Positions 9,913 to 19,016 of a stretch of DNA of 64,000 nucleotides are shown piece by piece. Every line of letters begins with the position of its first letter. The stretch's first letter is position 1. The notes under the pieces were generated by a model that was not told where the DNA came from, did no database searches, and was given only the letters and a program-made list of their open reading frames with translations. A program made the position numbers and the translations under genes. This DNA comes from a virus. Its lineage: Duplodnaviria > Caudoviricetes. The stretch spans positions 16,679 through 80,678 of the IMG/VR virus record IMGVR_UViG_3300037470_000569. One strand, given 5' to 3'.

Positions 9913-10127
9913 CACGACAACCCCGCTTCTACCGTCACGAAGACGCTTGGTGGATTCGCGGACCACTCAAAGAGCTCGAGGGTCGTCAGATTGTGATAGT
10001 GCGGCGGAAGGATAACACGCTCATCGAGGTCGAGGTCGATCCGGAAACGCTCACACCGCTCGACCCAGAGGTCCGTACCCAGTGGGATGGTCGAAAGCCG
10101 CACATCGTGAAGCCCAAGTTCTTGTGA
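9909..10127 (+). CDS. Hypothetical protein
   Basis: GTGA coupling. Confidence 0.55.
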   Translation: MTRQPRFYRHEDAWWIRGPLKELEGRQIVIVRRKDNTLIEVEVDPETLTPLDPEVRTQWDGRKPHIVKPKFL

Positions 10128-10134
10128 GAACTTG

Positions 10135-10163
10135 TTGCATCGAGTCCTCGTTCCTGTTAGAAT
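10135..10163 (+). promoter_or_regulatory. SigA-type promoter (repeated cassette)
   Basis: TTGCAT-N17-TAGAAT then GTTCTTACAAGGTTGAT. Confidence 0.75.
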
Positions 10164-10201
10164 GTTCTTACAAGGTTGATTGAACAACTGGAGGACACGA
10201 G

Positions 10202-10748
10202 ATGCGACCGATGACTGAGAAGCAGTTCAACTTCGTCTCGAAGCTGATCGCCGACCGCGAGCCCAACTTCGACGGGGTCGATGGCACGGTGTTCGAGCGG
10301 TACATGGACATCCTGGACGGGAGCAAGTTCATCTCCTCGCAGGAGGCCAGCTCGGTGATCGACTGGCTGTTGACTCAGCCGAAGAAGGCACCGAAGGTCA
10401 CTGAGGGCGCCTCGACCGCAGTCCTGGAGCCCGGAGTCTACGTCCTGGGCGATCACATCGTCAAGCTCCAGTCGAACAAGGCCAAAGACGAACTGCTACA
10501 CCCTCCGCTGGACGGTGATCAACGGCGAGCGGCTGGTTGAGACCGGCGAGCACGTCAACGGCGAGTGGGTTTACGAGCCCGACCTCAAGGGCCAGCTGCG
10601 GCCGGAACACCGCATGACGATGGAGGAGGCCAAGGCGTTCGGCATCACATACGGCCGGTGCGCCAAGTGCAGCCGCAAGCTCAAGGCCGCGAAGTCGGTC
10701 GAGGCTGCGATCGGCCCGGTCTGCGGTAAGTTCTTCACCCTGGTGTGA
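10202..10748 (+). pseudogene. DUF6011-like Zn-ribbon protein split by a +1 frameshift at about 10484
   Basis: Track ORFs 10202-10540 and 10515-10748 join if one A of GCCAAAG is removed; C-terminal CAKCSRKL...S...IGPVC. Confidence 0.65.
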
Positions 10749-10765
10749 AGCCCAAAAGTAGCGTG

Positions 10766-10790
10766 GAGCCCCCAGCACGGGGGCTCTTTC
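10766..10790 (+). terminator. Intrinsic terminator
   Basis: GAGCCCCC-AGCAC-GGGGGCTC-TTTC. Confidence 0.65.
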
Positions 10791-10815
10791 GCATTGAAGA
10801 ATCTTTCACTTCGAG

Positions 10816-10844
10816 TTGACTCGAGTCCTGACTTGTGATAGAAT
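10816..10844 (+). promoter_or_regulatory. SigA-type promoter (repeated cassette)
   Basis: TTGACT-N17-TAGAAT then GTATCTACAAGGTTGAT. Confidence 0.8.
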
Positions 10845-10880
10845 GTATCTACAAGGTTGATTAAACAAAGGAGCTAGGAC

Positions 10881-11297
10881 ATGCCCGCAACGCGCACCGA
10901 GACCTCGGCCATTCTCAAGGACGGCACGCTCGTCGACATCCTCATGATCCAACGAGCCTATCCCCGGTCGGGTGAGCAGAAAGACTTCGCGAAGGCCACT
11001 CGCGTGTACGTCGACGAGGTCGGCAAGACGATCCTGGACAACCTCCGCGACCGTTTCGGTCGGCCGACGAAGACGTACAAGGCCGCAGTCACCGAGGCCT
11101 TGCAGCACGTCAACATGACGGGCTTCAAGGTGTGCTGGAGCCAGCGCGCCGGTTGCTCTTGCGGCTGCTCACCGGGCTTCATCCTCCGTGACGCCGATAA
11201 CCACGTCGTCCGCCACACCGTCGAAGGTCGTCCGGTCGACGTCTACGTGAAGATCAATAAGGGCGCGCTCGGCGAATCTAAGTCACGGGAGCTGTGA
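10881..11297 (+). CDS. Conserved phage hypothetical protein
   Basis: WSQRAGCSCGCSPGFI motif; promoter plus RBS. Confidence 0.7.
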   Translation: MPATRTETSAILKDGTLVDILMIQRAYPRSGEQKDFAKATRVYVDEVGKTILDNLRDRFGRPTKTYKAAVTEALQHVNMTGFKVCWSQRAGCSCGCSPGFILRDADNHVVRHTVEGRPVDVYVKINKGALGESKSREL

Positions 11298-11461
11298 TGA
11301 CCGTCAAAGTAACGTTCACCGCAACACTTGAGAACCACGAGCACGCCGATGATGAGACGTTTGTATCGGAGTTGCGTATTGGCTGGGACGGCGCTCACAT
11401 CGATGTCGATGATATCCTCGCCGACTCAACGTCACTCGAGGTTGAATTTGAAGTCGAGTAG
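11297..11461 (+). CDS. Small acidic protein (54 aa)
   Basis: TGATG coupling. Confidence 0.5.
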   Translation: MTVKVTFTATLENHEHADDETFVSELRIGWDGAHIDVDDILADSTSLEVEFEVE

Positions 11462-11470
11462 ACTAGGTCC

Positions 11471-11543
11471 TGCGGGGTAGAGCAGATGGCAGCTCGACAG
11501 CCTCATAAGCTGTAGGTCCTGGGTTCGAGTCCCAGTCCCGCAA
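11471..11543 (+). tRNA. tRNA with CAT anticodon (Met-type)
   Basis: Full cloverleaf: TGCGGGG/TCCCGCA, D GAGC/GCTC, anticodon arm ACAGC-CTCATAA-GCTGT, T arm CTGGG-TTCGAGT-CCCAG; no encoded CCA. Confidence 0.9.
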
Positions 11544-11549
11544 CTCACT

Positions 11550-11590
11550 TACCTTCGCGAAGGTATCGTTCGCGACGTTTCTTCTTTAAG
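11550..11590. terminator. Palindrome/terminator at the convergence of the two transcription blocks
   Basis: 16-bp perfect palindrome TACCTTCGCGAAGGTA followed by a T-rich tract. Confidence 0.45.
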
Positions 11591-11604
11591 CAGATGCTAC
11601 AGAC

Positions 11605-12174
11605 TTACCAGCGGGAGGGAAGACCTGCAGTGTTTCCGCTATTATGATACCAGTTCCATGTGATCTCATTCACGTGGTGGAACTTAGCACCCAAATTCGA
11701 CATCTGCATCCAGAAGTTGAAGTCCTCGCCGCTGCAACCCGCACCTTCCAGTGGGGCGGGGAAGTGGCATTTCTGAGCGATCTCATTTCGCACCAACGCC
11801 GTGATCGGGAAGGTGTGTGGCGTGGTGTGGTTCCACTGCAGACCTCGATTGCACGCGATTGGGTCGCTGCCACCGATGACCTGGAACCAAGGCCAGACGA
11901 CATCAGCGCCGGTCTCTTCGGCGGTTGCCAGCAGAGTCGCCACGTGATGAGGTAGCAGCTCGTCGTCGTCGTCGGCGAAGGCTACCCACTCGGTCTGCGC
12001 CTGCCGCAGCGCCCGCGTCCTCGTTGGTCCAGCCCCGTCCTTGTCGTGGTCTAGGGCTACCGACACCGAATAGATCGGGTGCGTCTGGACCGCTGCAGAG
12101 GCGAGCAGCCGACCCAACAACTGAGCACGTGGCGGAATCGACGGCGTGACGAGCGTGATCCCGGTAACCTTCAC
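11605..12174 (-). CDS. Glycosyltransferase, GT2/GT-A (start reassigned to GTG 12174)
   Basis: WVAFADDDD DxD motif, GEDFNFW; GTGA overlap. Confidence 0.85.
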   Translation of the reverse strand: MKVTGITLVTPSIPPRAQLLGRLLASAAVQTHPIYSVSVALDHDKDGAGPTRTRALRQAQTEWVAFADDDDELLPHHVATLLATAEETGADVVWPWFQVIGGSDPIACNRGLQWNHTTPHTFPITALVRNEIAQKCHFPAPLEGAGCSGEDFNFWMQMSNLGAKFHHVNEITWNWYHNSGNTAGLPSRW

Positions 12175-12827
12175 GTGACACGCTCTTTCTCTTTCCAGGA
12201 CTGACCCGCCGTCGAACCAGCGTGGTGGTGACACTGCCACGTGCGCTCGGGGTGGTGGACGAACTTACAACCGATGCGCAGGAGTCGCAGGTGTCCGCCC
12301 CAGTCCTCGCAGTCCGCCTTTGGCCACTCCGGCGTACCCGGATTGGGGTAGCCACCGGACCGCTCCAGCAACCCGCGACGGACGACCGTAGTGATCGGTA
12401 TGAACGAGTATTGGCGGAAGTGCGCTTCCTGCTCCCGCTCGAACGGTACCCCTAGGGGGTGGACCAACTGACCGTCCTTCATGGTCGCGAGAGCGTCAGG
12501 ACGACTGGGGGTCCACTCGCTCCAGCCAACGTGTTCGAACCAGGAGTACACCAATCCAGCCTGCTTCTCGACGAGCGTATCCACACACGCCTCGAGATGT
12601 TGTGGCAGGAACTCGTCATCATCGTCGAGGAACGCGACGACATCGGTCGACGCTGCTCGCCACGCAGCATTTCGCGTCGGTGCAGCACCGTGACCCTTCT
12701 TATCCAGCATCACGATGACTTCATCGGGTAAACACGTCTGCTCCTCGACCGACGCGATGGCGCGGCCGAGGAGCGTCTCCCGACCTGGAATAGTCGGGAT
12801 GCAGACGGTGACGGACGGTCGGGTCAC
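12171..12827 (-). CDS. Glycosyltransferase, GT2/GT-A
   Basis: VTVCIPT, RNAAWRAA, AFLDDDD, CEDWG. Confidence 0.85.
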   Translation of the reverse strand: MTRPSVTVCIPTIPGRETLLGRAIASVEEQTCLPDEVIVMLDKKGHGAAPTRNAAWRAASTDVVAFLDDDDEFLPQHLEACVDTLVEKQAGLVYSWFEHVGWSEWTPSRPDALATMKDGQLVHPLGVPFEREQEAHFRQYSFIPITTVVRRGLLERSGGYPNPGTPEWPKADCEDWGGHLRLLRIGCKFVHHPERTWQCHHHAGSTAGQSWKEKERVT

Positions 12828-13075
12828 AACACCGACGGGGAATCAACTGGGCCGACGGGACCTGAGAGAAGGCTGGTTAGGAATGATAGCGCTGTGGCGC
12901 CGAGAGCCAGACCCATGGTCGCCTTGAGGTCAACCTCGAAGAGGTTGAACACCCCATCACCGACACCCCAGACCAAGATGACGGCTTGTGCGAAACTTTT
13001 CACAGCACGATCCAGGGTGGCACGCCAGAAGGCGCGGCCATAGGTGTTGTACCCAGGACCAGAAGCTTCAGTCAT
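12824..13075 (-). CDS. Holin, r1t-type
   Basis: FWRATLDRAVKSFAQ, two TM segments, C-terminal GPVDSPS. Confidence 0.75.
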   Translation of the reverse strand: MTEASGPGYNTYGRAFWRATLDRAVKSFAQAVILVWGVGDGVFNLFEVDLKATMGLALGATALSFLTSLLSGPVGPVDSPSVL

Positions 13076-13084
13076 AACATCCTC

Positions 13085-13252
13085 CTAGTTCGTCACCGCT
13101 CTAGTGGTGACGGTCTTTCGTCCGGCGATGAGCCAGTGCACCAGCCAGACCGGGCTCCACAACCCACACGTCACGCAAGTTAGCGTGATATGTACGGTCG
13201 TAGCTGAACTGGTCAACCCGGACTTACTGACCGTTCGTACGACACCGGTCAT
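13085..13252 (-). CDS. Small membrane protein (55 aa)
   Basis: HITLTCVTCGLWSPVWLVHW hydrophobic motif; RBS GAGGA. Confidence 0.5.
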   Translation of the reverse strand: MTGVVRTVSKSGLTSSATTVHITLTCVTCGLWSPVWLVHWLIAGRKTVTTRAVTN

Positions 13253-13312
13253 AGCTGATCATCCTCCTCAAGTAGTCATTCACACTTCTTAAGAGGATTG
13301 TACCACTGGAGG

Positions 13313-13963
13313 TCATCGGTGTGTGGCGAGCCACCGCTCACCATCGCGACCCGCCGCTGCTTGGGTCCAAGGTGACTTACCGATCGTCGTTGAAACGTGA
13401 TGCTCAACGCCAAGACCATGAAGCATACCTACGCGCTTACCAGCTGCGTTCGTCTTCCAGATCAGGTCGTCGTCACCGTACCAGATCTCATACTGCTCAT
13501 CGACGCCAACCCAGTCACTGGATCGGGCGACGAACGCCCACGCGGAGAAGCGGTAGCGATTGCCGGCCTGATGACTGACCGGGGAGACGCTAAAGGGAGG
13601 CTGGTTAACCGCTGAAGTCCCTGCGACACCTAGCAGCGCGTAGTCTGGATGTCCGTCCAGCGCGTCGTGGAGCGAGATCTCGAAGCCATCAGGGATCACG
13701 ATGTCATCGTTGAGAACCAGGCAGTATGCGCCAGCTTCGCTAGCCCGCCGAACACCTTCGTTCCACTCATAGTAGATGTTCTTCCCGGGGCGGTGATACA
13801 CGTAAACGTTCTTATGAGCTTCGTACACGCCTACGTGATCAGGCACTTCCGGCGAATTCACATAGAGCTCGACGATCGGTATCTTGTGTCTCAGGTACTC
13901 AACGAGACCATCAAGATCCTGTGAGAGTCCGATGGTCGGGATACACGCATGAATCAGTGGCAC
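13313..13963 (-). CDS. Glycosyltransferase, GT2-like (start reassigned to GTG 13963)
   Basis: WNEGV, LVLNDDI, IWYGDDDL. Confidence 0.8.
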   Translation of the reverse strand: MPLIHACIPTIGLSQDLDGLVEYLRHKIPIVELYVNSPEVPDHVGVYEAHKNVYVYHRPGKNIYYEWNEGVRRASEAGAYCLVLNDDIVIPDGFEISLHDALDGHPDYALLGVAGTSAVNQPPFSVSPVSHQAGNRYRFSAWAFVARSSDWVGVDEQYEIWYGDDDLIWKTNAAGKRVGMLHGLGVEHHVSTTIGKSPWTQAAAGRDGERWLATHR

Positions 13964-13964
13964 A

Positions 13965-14654
13965 TCAAGTTCCGTCAACGTGAGGATGTAGCGTGACGAA
14001 GTCGTTGATGAGCAACTGCCCCGGTAGGTCACGCGGTCGATCGTTGTGATCACGCCAGACGACTGCTTGCGAGACCTGATCTTGATTCGTCCAGCGTACC
14101 TGCTCGGCGAGCCATGCATGCCCGATGTACTCGCGTGTTGGACTCCAGCGGGGATACACGATGAAGCCGGTCGCCCACAATCCCCAATGCTCAGGGTGCT
14201 CGAGTTTGCGGTAATAAGCAGCTTGATCAGCAACCGGCTGCGTGTGGTACTTCAGAAGCGGCACTGAGAAGTAAGCCTCGGTGTAGATGCAGTCCCGTGC
14301 TGGATGAGTGAACTGCCAGACAGAGTCTGGGTCAGTGGCGTCAGTGGCCACCACATCGAGCAACCGCGCGATTGCGTGCTCATCCTTAAGCACGAATGAA
14401 CCATCCATCCAAACAATGAAATCACGGTCAATGTCAACCCAACGCCACGGATCAACCTTCGGGATCTTCGCCGCAAGCCTCGGGTGCATCAGATCCCCAC
14501 GAGGCTGGAGCTCAACCTGCCATGTCGGTGTGCTGTGCAGATGCGGGTTATCTGTCACGCATACGAACTCGACGCCGTGCATGCTGAGCTGCGGAGGCTG
14601 TTCCTTCAGCCCATCATAGTCACCGAAGATGCCGGTAAGAACAGTGACCTTCAC
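13965..14654 (-). CDS. DUF616/TOD1-MUCI70-like glycosyltransferase
   Basis: TGIFGDYD, FVCVTD, AKIPK, WMDGS, HPARDCIY.EA, DQVS. Confidence 0.75.
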   Translation of the reverse strand: MKVTVLTGIFGDYDGLKEQPPQLSMHGVEFVCVTDNPHLHSTPTWQVELQPRGDLMHPRLAAKIPKVDPWRWVDIDRDFIVWMDGSFVLKDEHAIARLLDVVATDATDPDSVWQFTHPARDCIYTEAYFSVPLLKYHTQPVADQAAYYRKLEHPEHWGLWATGFIVYPRWSPTREYIGHAWLAEQVRWTNQDQVSQAVVWRDHNDRPRDLPGQLLINDFVTLHPHVDGT

Positions 14655-15478
14655 CGGTAGCTCTCCACCGCCGCGACAAACAGATCATGATCGAACACAG
14701 GGTGCCACCCACCCAGGAGGTCCCAACCCTCGCCAGCAGCAACGTCCTGACCAGTCGACCGCAAACGCTCACCCTTGCGGCGAGGTAAGTGCTGGATGTC
14801 AGAGCGTCCGCCCGTGATGTGAATGACATCACGTGCGATCTCCAAGACAGTCTGCACGTAACCTGTCCCGGCATCGAAGACCTGGCCATCACCGAACTTC
14901 ATCGCCGCGACGAGCATACGAGCGACGTCATCGACGTGCACGAGGTCAACGTGCAGAGTGCCACTACCCCATACCGGCAGTGACTCACCCAGCCAACCCT
15001 TCGTCGCGAACGAAGGAACGATCTTAGTGGGATGATCACCACCATAAGCTTGCCCAGGGCCGTACGCGTTATAAGCCCGAACGTAGCTTACGTGGAGGTC
15101 ACCACTGTGACGGTAAGCCTCGCTGGTATCCATCGCACAGGCCTTCGTCGCGGCATACAGTGAAGGATTCACGCGCGGCATCGTGATCTGCGTAAGACCC
15201 ACACCGTGCTTCACACAAGCGGTCGTGACGTGCAGACTACCCAACACGTTGACCTGAAACGCACGTTCCGCTTGGTCCAGCAACTCATGCGTGCCAAGCA
15301 GTCCCGCAAGATGTATGACGTGATCAACACCGCCCACAGCATCATACACCAGCGGTGTGTCGGTGACATCGCTACCACTCGTGCGATCGAACGTGAACGC
15401 CTCGTGTCCCTCGAGTCGCAGCCGATCGATCGTGGCACGACCAATCCAGCCACTACCACCGGTAATGAGGACTCTCAC
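14651..15478 (-). CDS. NAD-dependent epimerase/dehydratase (extended SDR)
   Basis: TGGSGWIG, HLAG, YAATK, NAYGPGQ. Confidence 0.9.
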   Translation of the reverse strand: MRVLITGGSGWIGRATIDRLRLEGHEAFTFDRTSGSDVTDTPLVYDAVGGVDHVIHLAGLLGTHELLDQAERAFQVNVLGSLHVTTACVKHGVGLTQITMPRVNPSLYAATKACAMDTSEAYRHSGDLHVSYVRAYNAYGPGQAYGGDHPTKIVPSFATKGWLGESLPVWGSGTLHVDLVHVDDVARMLVAAMKFGDGQVFDAGTGYVQTVLEIARDVIHITGGRSDIQHLPRRKGERLRSTGQDVAAGEGWDLLGGWHPVFDHDLFVAAVESYR

Positions 15479-15795
15479 AGCGCTTCTGATTTCTTGAGGT
15501 TAAGCATCGACACGACGGCCGGGTGATCAACTCGATGAGGACCGGCATCAGGGTCGCCAGCAGCGTGAGCCTGACGCCAGGCGTCGAACTTATCGGCCAG
15601 ATCGAATAGGTCGCTGACGTACTCCGAATCCATGCCCTCGACCCGTGAAGCAGTGGCCAGGGCTCGGATGGCGTGTGGCACTGCAGGGTCGGCAGCGCCG
15701 AGGACGAGCCACGGCCACTCGGGCATTGTGGCATCGCGACGTAGCACCAAATACTTATTCTTACGCTCATCATTGATCTGCCAGACACCACTCAC
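15475..15795 (-). CDS. Conserved phage hypothetical protein
   Basis: KYLVLRRD..PEWPW.VLGA.DP...GDPD pattern; coupled. Confidence 0.65.
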   Translation of the reverse strand: MSGVWQINDERKNKYLVLRRDATMPEWPWLVLGAADPAVPHAIRALATASRVEGMDSEYVSDLFDLADKFDAWRQAHAAGDPDAGPHRVDHPAVVSMLNLKKSEAL

Positions 15796-16373
15796 GTTCG
15801 CCGCTCCATTCGATAGATCCGCTCCACTCCATATGCGCTCGCCGTCTCGAGATCTTCAAATGAAAAGACAATGTCTGGAGTGAATCGCTCGACGATGTCT
15901 TCGTGTCGGAACGAAATGTCCGGTACACCGATCTCTTCGCTGAACGCGATCTCATGCGTCACATCAGCCATTGGAGTGAACAGTAGCAGGACCATGCGAT
16001 GAGTGAAGGACTGGACCGCATTATCCAGCACCTTCACCCAATCGCGATTGTGCTCAAGCACGAAACGCATGAAGAGGCCCGACACATTGCTACGGTAGTG
16101 CACGAGGTCGACAACCTCATCGGCGAATGGTGACGCCGAACCATCAAGTCCTCGGTATCGATCAGGCCGGACGAAGTTACGCATCCAGCCCATGCCACAA
16201 CCCCAGTCCTTGATGAGATCACAGTTGGCGAGCCACTCAGCGCCGAGTCGATACGTGTCGGTAGCAGCGTAAGCCGAGGTACCCGTAATGAAACCATCTC
16301 GCCCGAGCTTCAGCCACTCAGGCAGATCGCGGTACCACTCGTCCCAGCGTCCGGCGTTGCTCATAAGAGCCAC
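15792..16373 (-). CDS. Class I SAM-dependent methyltransferase
   Basis: DWGCGMG motif I, GLDGS, FVLEH. Confidence 0.75.
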   Translation of the reverse strand: MALMSNAGRWDEWYRDLPEWLKLGRDGFITGTSAYAATDTYRLGAEWLANCDLIKDWGCGMGWMRNFVRPDRYRGLDGSASPFADEVVDLVHYRSNVSGLFMRFVLEHNRDWVKVLDNAVQSFTHRMVLLLFTPMADVTHEIAFSEEIGVPDISFRHEDIVERFTPDIVFSFEDLETASAYGVERIYRMERRT

Positions 16374-16916
16374 TCAGAAGTAAACCTCCGTGAGTCCATT
16401 GTTATGTAGAAACACCTGATGCGGTAGGTCCCCGAGCAGCTCATTCACCGCACGCCGCACAGGAAACGACGGCTGACTCTGCGGGATGTGATGATTGAAC
16501 CACTCCACGTTCGTGTCGTGGAAGATCATCGCACCACCCTCACGTACACGCGGCCGGAAGAGTTCAATCTCCGCTCGTGTCTGGAGATATTCATGTGTCG
16601 TGTCGATGAAGATGATGTCAGCCTGCTCAGGCAGCGCCGCAAGCACGTGCTCATCAGTGTCGTAGCCCTCGAGGAACGTCCAGCGATCGAGTGGAACACC
16701 ATTCCACAATCGCACAGGATCAACCGACCACAAGTGACCGTCAGTCTGCTCCAGTGCATGAAGGAACGCCGCTGTCGATGCGCCATAACGAACACCCAGC
16801 TCGATGACCGTCTTCGCCTCGAGCTTCTGCACGACATGAACGAGCTCGGTGAGGTGCTCGTTGATATCCGACGGTGTGGCAACTGCTGCTTCATAGAGTT
16901 GCTGATATATGCCCAC
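16374..16916 (-). CDS. Class I SAM methyltransferase (Methyltransf_24-like)
   Basis: IELGVRYGAST, DIIFIDTTHEY, IFHD. Confidence 0.8.
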   Translation of the reverse strand: MGIYQQLYEAAVATPSDINEHLTELVHVVQKLEAKTVIELGVRYGASTAAFLHALEQTDGHLWSVDPVRLWNGVPLDRWTFLEGYDTDEHVLAALPEQADIIFIDTTHEYLQTRAEIELFRPRVREGGAMIFHDTNVEWFNHHIPQSQPSFPVRRAVNELLGDLPHQVFLHNNGLTEVYF

Positions 16917-16918
16917 GC

Positions 16919-17119
16919 TTATTCGCTCGCTGGAGGAAGTGGAGCGTCAAATCCCGATGTGAGTGGACGAACTGCATTTCGCACGATGATTTCAGTGCGG
17001 TACTCGGTAGCATCAGGTAACGTGGTTGTGAAGATGATCTCCGACTCGGCAATCTTCGACTCATGCACTGCTTCGACGAGCGCATAAAGCGCCACCATTG
17101 GATCGAACGTCACATGCAC
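16919..17119 (-). CDS. Hypothetical protein
   Basis: Operon continuity. Confidence 0.5.
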   Translation of the reverse strand: MHVTFDPMVALYALVEAVHESKIAESEIIFTTTLPDATEYRTEIIVRNAVRPLTSGFDAPLPPASE

Positions 17120-17120
17120 C

Positions 17121-17321
17121 TTACTTCATTGCAGTTGTCGTAGTCATCGTCCCATTGACGGACCTGCGATGGATCGCCGCGAGTCCATAGTCGGAGAACG
17201 TCTTGACCTCACCCTCCGGCGACGTCACGATGTACTCCGGCCGACTTGTCCCGGCAGCCAATGACTCAGCTTGCTGTTGATTCGCGACCACCCGACTCTG
17301 TCCACATGATCCACATGCCAT
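17121..17321 (-). CDS. Small protein typical after the capsid protease (MACGSCG...)
   Basis: TGATG coupling at 17321. Confidence 0.6.
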   Translation of the reverse strand: MACGSCGQSRVVANQQQAESLAAGTSRPEYIVTSPEGEVKTFSDYGLAAIHRRSVNGTMTTTTAMK

Positions 17322-18958
17322 CAAACACTCTCCTTTGCAATCGCTCGACGTACAACGATCGTACCAGGAGGATAGGGTCCGTTCACAACAGACACCAGCT
17401 CGGAAGTTGCCACTCCTGCCGCAACGAGTGCTGTCCACGGTCCATCTTCCGTCGCGGCAGCCGCTCGCATACGTGGCACCGGGAATCCAGGGACGTTCAC
17501 CGCGAGCACAGCGACCAGTCGCAGCTTTCCGGCGATAACTCTCCAGTCACCCGAAAGCGAAGCACCGCGTAGCTCACGCAGTTGCTCCTCATTCACTCGC
17601 GGTCGGAGCGCACCCGCGATCCAGATGCCGTGCGCATCCTCACCGACATTGATGTCGGCCGCACCGTGATTCGTGTCGTCGTAATGCTCGGCAGCTGGGA
17701 CCGCACCCAGTTGGGTCGAGGCATGTCCGATGCCGAACGTGATCGTACCAACCGAGACGCTCTCATCCTCGCGAGTTCGCAATTCGTGGCGGAGGAAGAA
17801 GGCATGTTCCCGCTCCTTCGGTGGAGTGATGCACCGATGAGGGAATGTCGTGTGACATGTTCCCCAGAGCGCGAGGTGCCCAAACACCTGACCCTCATCA
17901 GTAATCGTGAATGGCACCGCTTGCTTGAAGTTTGGGTCGGCGAACCAGTCGGCCGGCGGGTAGATGGGAATGCCGGCCGAGGTCAGCGCTTCACGGTCAG
18001 TCACAGTGTTCTCCGAATCGGTCTCAGCAGCGGTGAGCACGAGTGGATCACCAGCTGCAACCAGTGACTCGGTTTGAGGATCGCCAATGAGCTCAAGTCG
18101 ACCCTCCACCAGGGCAGGCAGACGGCACAGTGTCACGCCTCGAATGCGACCCTCGTGGTACACCTTCTTCTCAGGTGCACTCATCATCAACGACGGAACC
18201 CTGCCATCTTCATCCGCCGTCGCTACGACCGGCTCATCAGGGAAGATGATCTCGACTTTCCCCACCGAGTCGACGTCAACTGAGAGACCACCAGCATACC
18301 CACCTTTTACCTGCCGCACCACCTCGCGGCCATGCTCCGAACCCATGTCGATGACGCCCCATGCTCGGATCGCCGTCGTGCCGTCGTCCTTATACTCACG
18401 CTCGATGATGTCAACACGACCGACCGTTACGGCTTCCTCATGCTGCGGCTTATCCTTGGGCTGCCAGCCCAGAGTGATGAGGCTCGCCGCTGGCTCTTCC
18501 CATGACAGTGAGTCAACCGCAAACTGACGACCATCACCCGTGTCACTGCCCTCGACGACAAGCACTCCGGTCCAGGGTTGAATGGAGTGATTATTTCCCG
18601 CTTCTTCACCATCCATCATCATGGCAAGGTGCTTCGGTACGCACTTACCATTGAGCATCCGCTGTCCATCCGGACACTCATTCTCCTTGAGCCGCTTATC
18701 GGCTGGAGTACCAGATGAAGGATCACCACCCAGGTACACTTCATCGAGACTTGCGTGAGTGTTCGCGGCGAACCGAGTCGTCAGTTCACTGGCGGCCTTG
18801 GTGACCGCCTCCTCTTGAGCGTAGAGAGCGGCCATTTGACTGTCGGCGGCTTCTTCTGAGGGATGACAACCCTCAACATCATTTGAGCCGTCCTTCACGA
18901 CCGCCCAAGAACGGGAGGTCGGACAATCAGCGTGGTTCTGCTCGGTGTGCCAGGGCAC
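17321..18958 (-). CDS. Capsid maturation protease
   Basis: WTGVLVVEG.DTGDGR, GHLALWGTCH, LSGDWR, AVNVPGFP motifs of actinophage proteases. Confidence 0.8.
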   Translation of the reverse strand: MPWHTEQNHADCPTSRSWAVVKDGSNDVEGCHPSEEAADSQMAALYAQEEAVTKAASELTTRFAANTHASLDEVYLGGDPSSGTPADKRLKENECPDGQRMLNGKCVPKHLAMMMDGEEAGNNHSIQPWTGVLVVEGSDTGDGRQFAVDSLSWEEPAASLITLGWQPKDKPQHEEAVTVGRVDIIEREYKDDGTTAIRAWGVIDMGSEHGREVVRQVKGGYAGGLSVDVDSVGKVEIIFPDEPVVATADEDGRVPSLMMSAPEKKVYHEGRIRGVTLCRLPALVEGRLELIGDPQTESLVAAGDPLVLTAAETDSENTVTDREALTSAGIPIYPPADWFADPNFKQAVPFTITDEGQVFGHLALWGTCHTTFPHRCITPPKEREHAFFLRHELRTREDESVSVGTITFGIGHASTQLGAVPAAEHYDDTNHGAADINVGEDAHGIWIAGALRPRVNEEQLRELRGASLSGDWRVIAGKLRLVAVLAVNVPGFPVPRMRAAAATEDGPWTALVAAGVATSELVSVVNGPYPPGTIVVRRAIAKESV

Positions 18959-19016
18959 TAGGAGACCTCCCGGCTAGTCCTAGCCCTGACTATACTCGAT
19001 GAGCAGCTGGTGTGGT

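Noticed and set aside
13964-14233. N-terminal extension of the 306-aa track ORF 13313-14233
   Set aside because: It overlaps the DUF616 gene; the GTG at 13963 just after that gene's stop is the coupled start.
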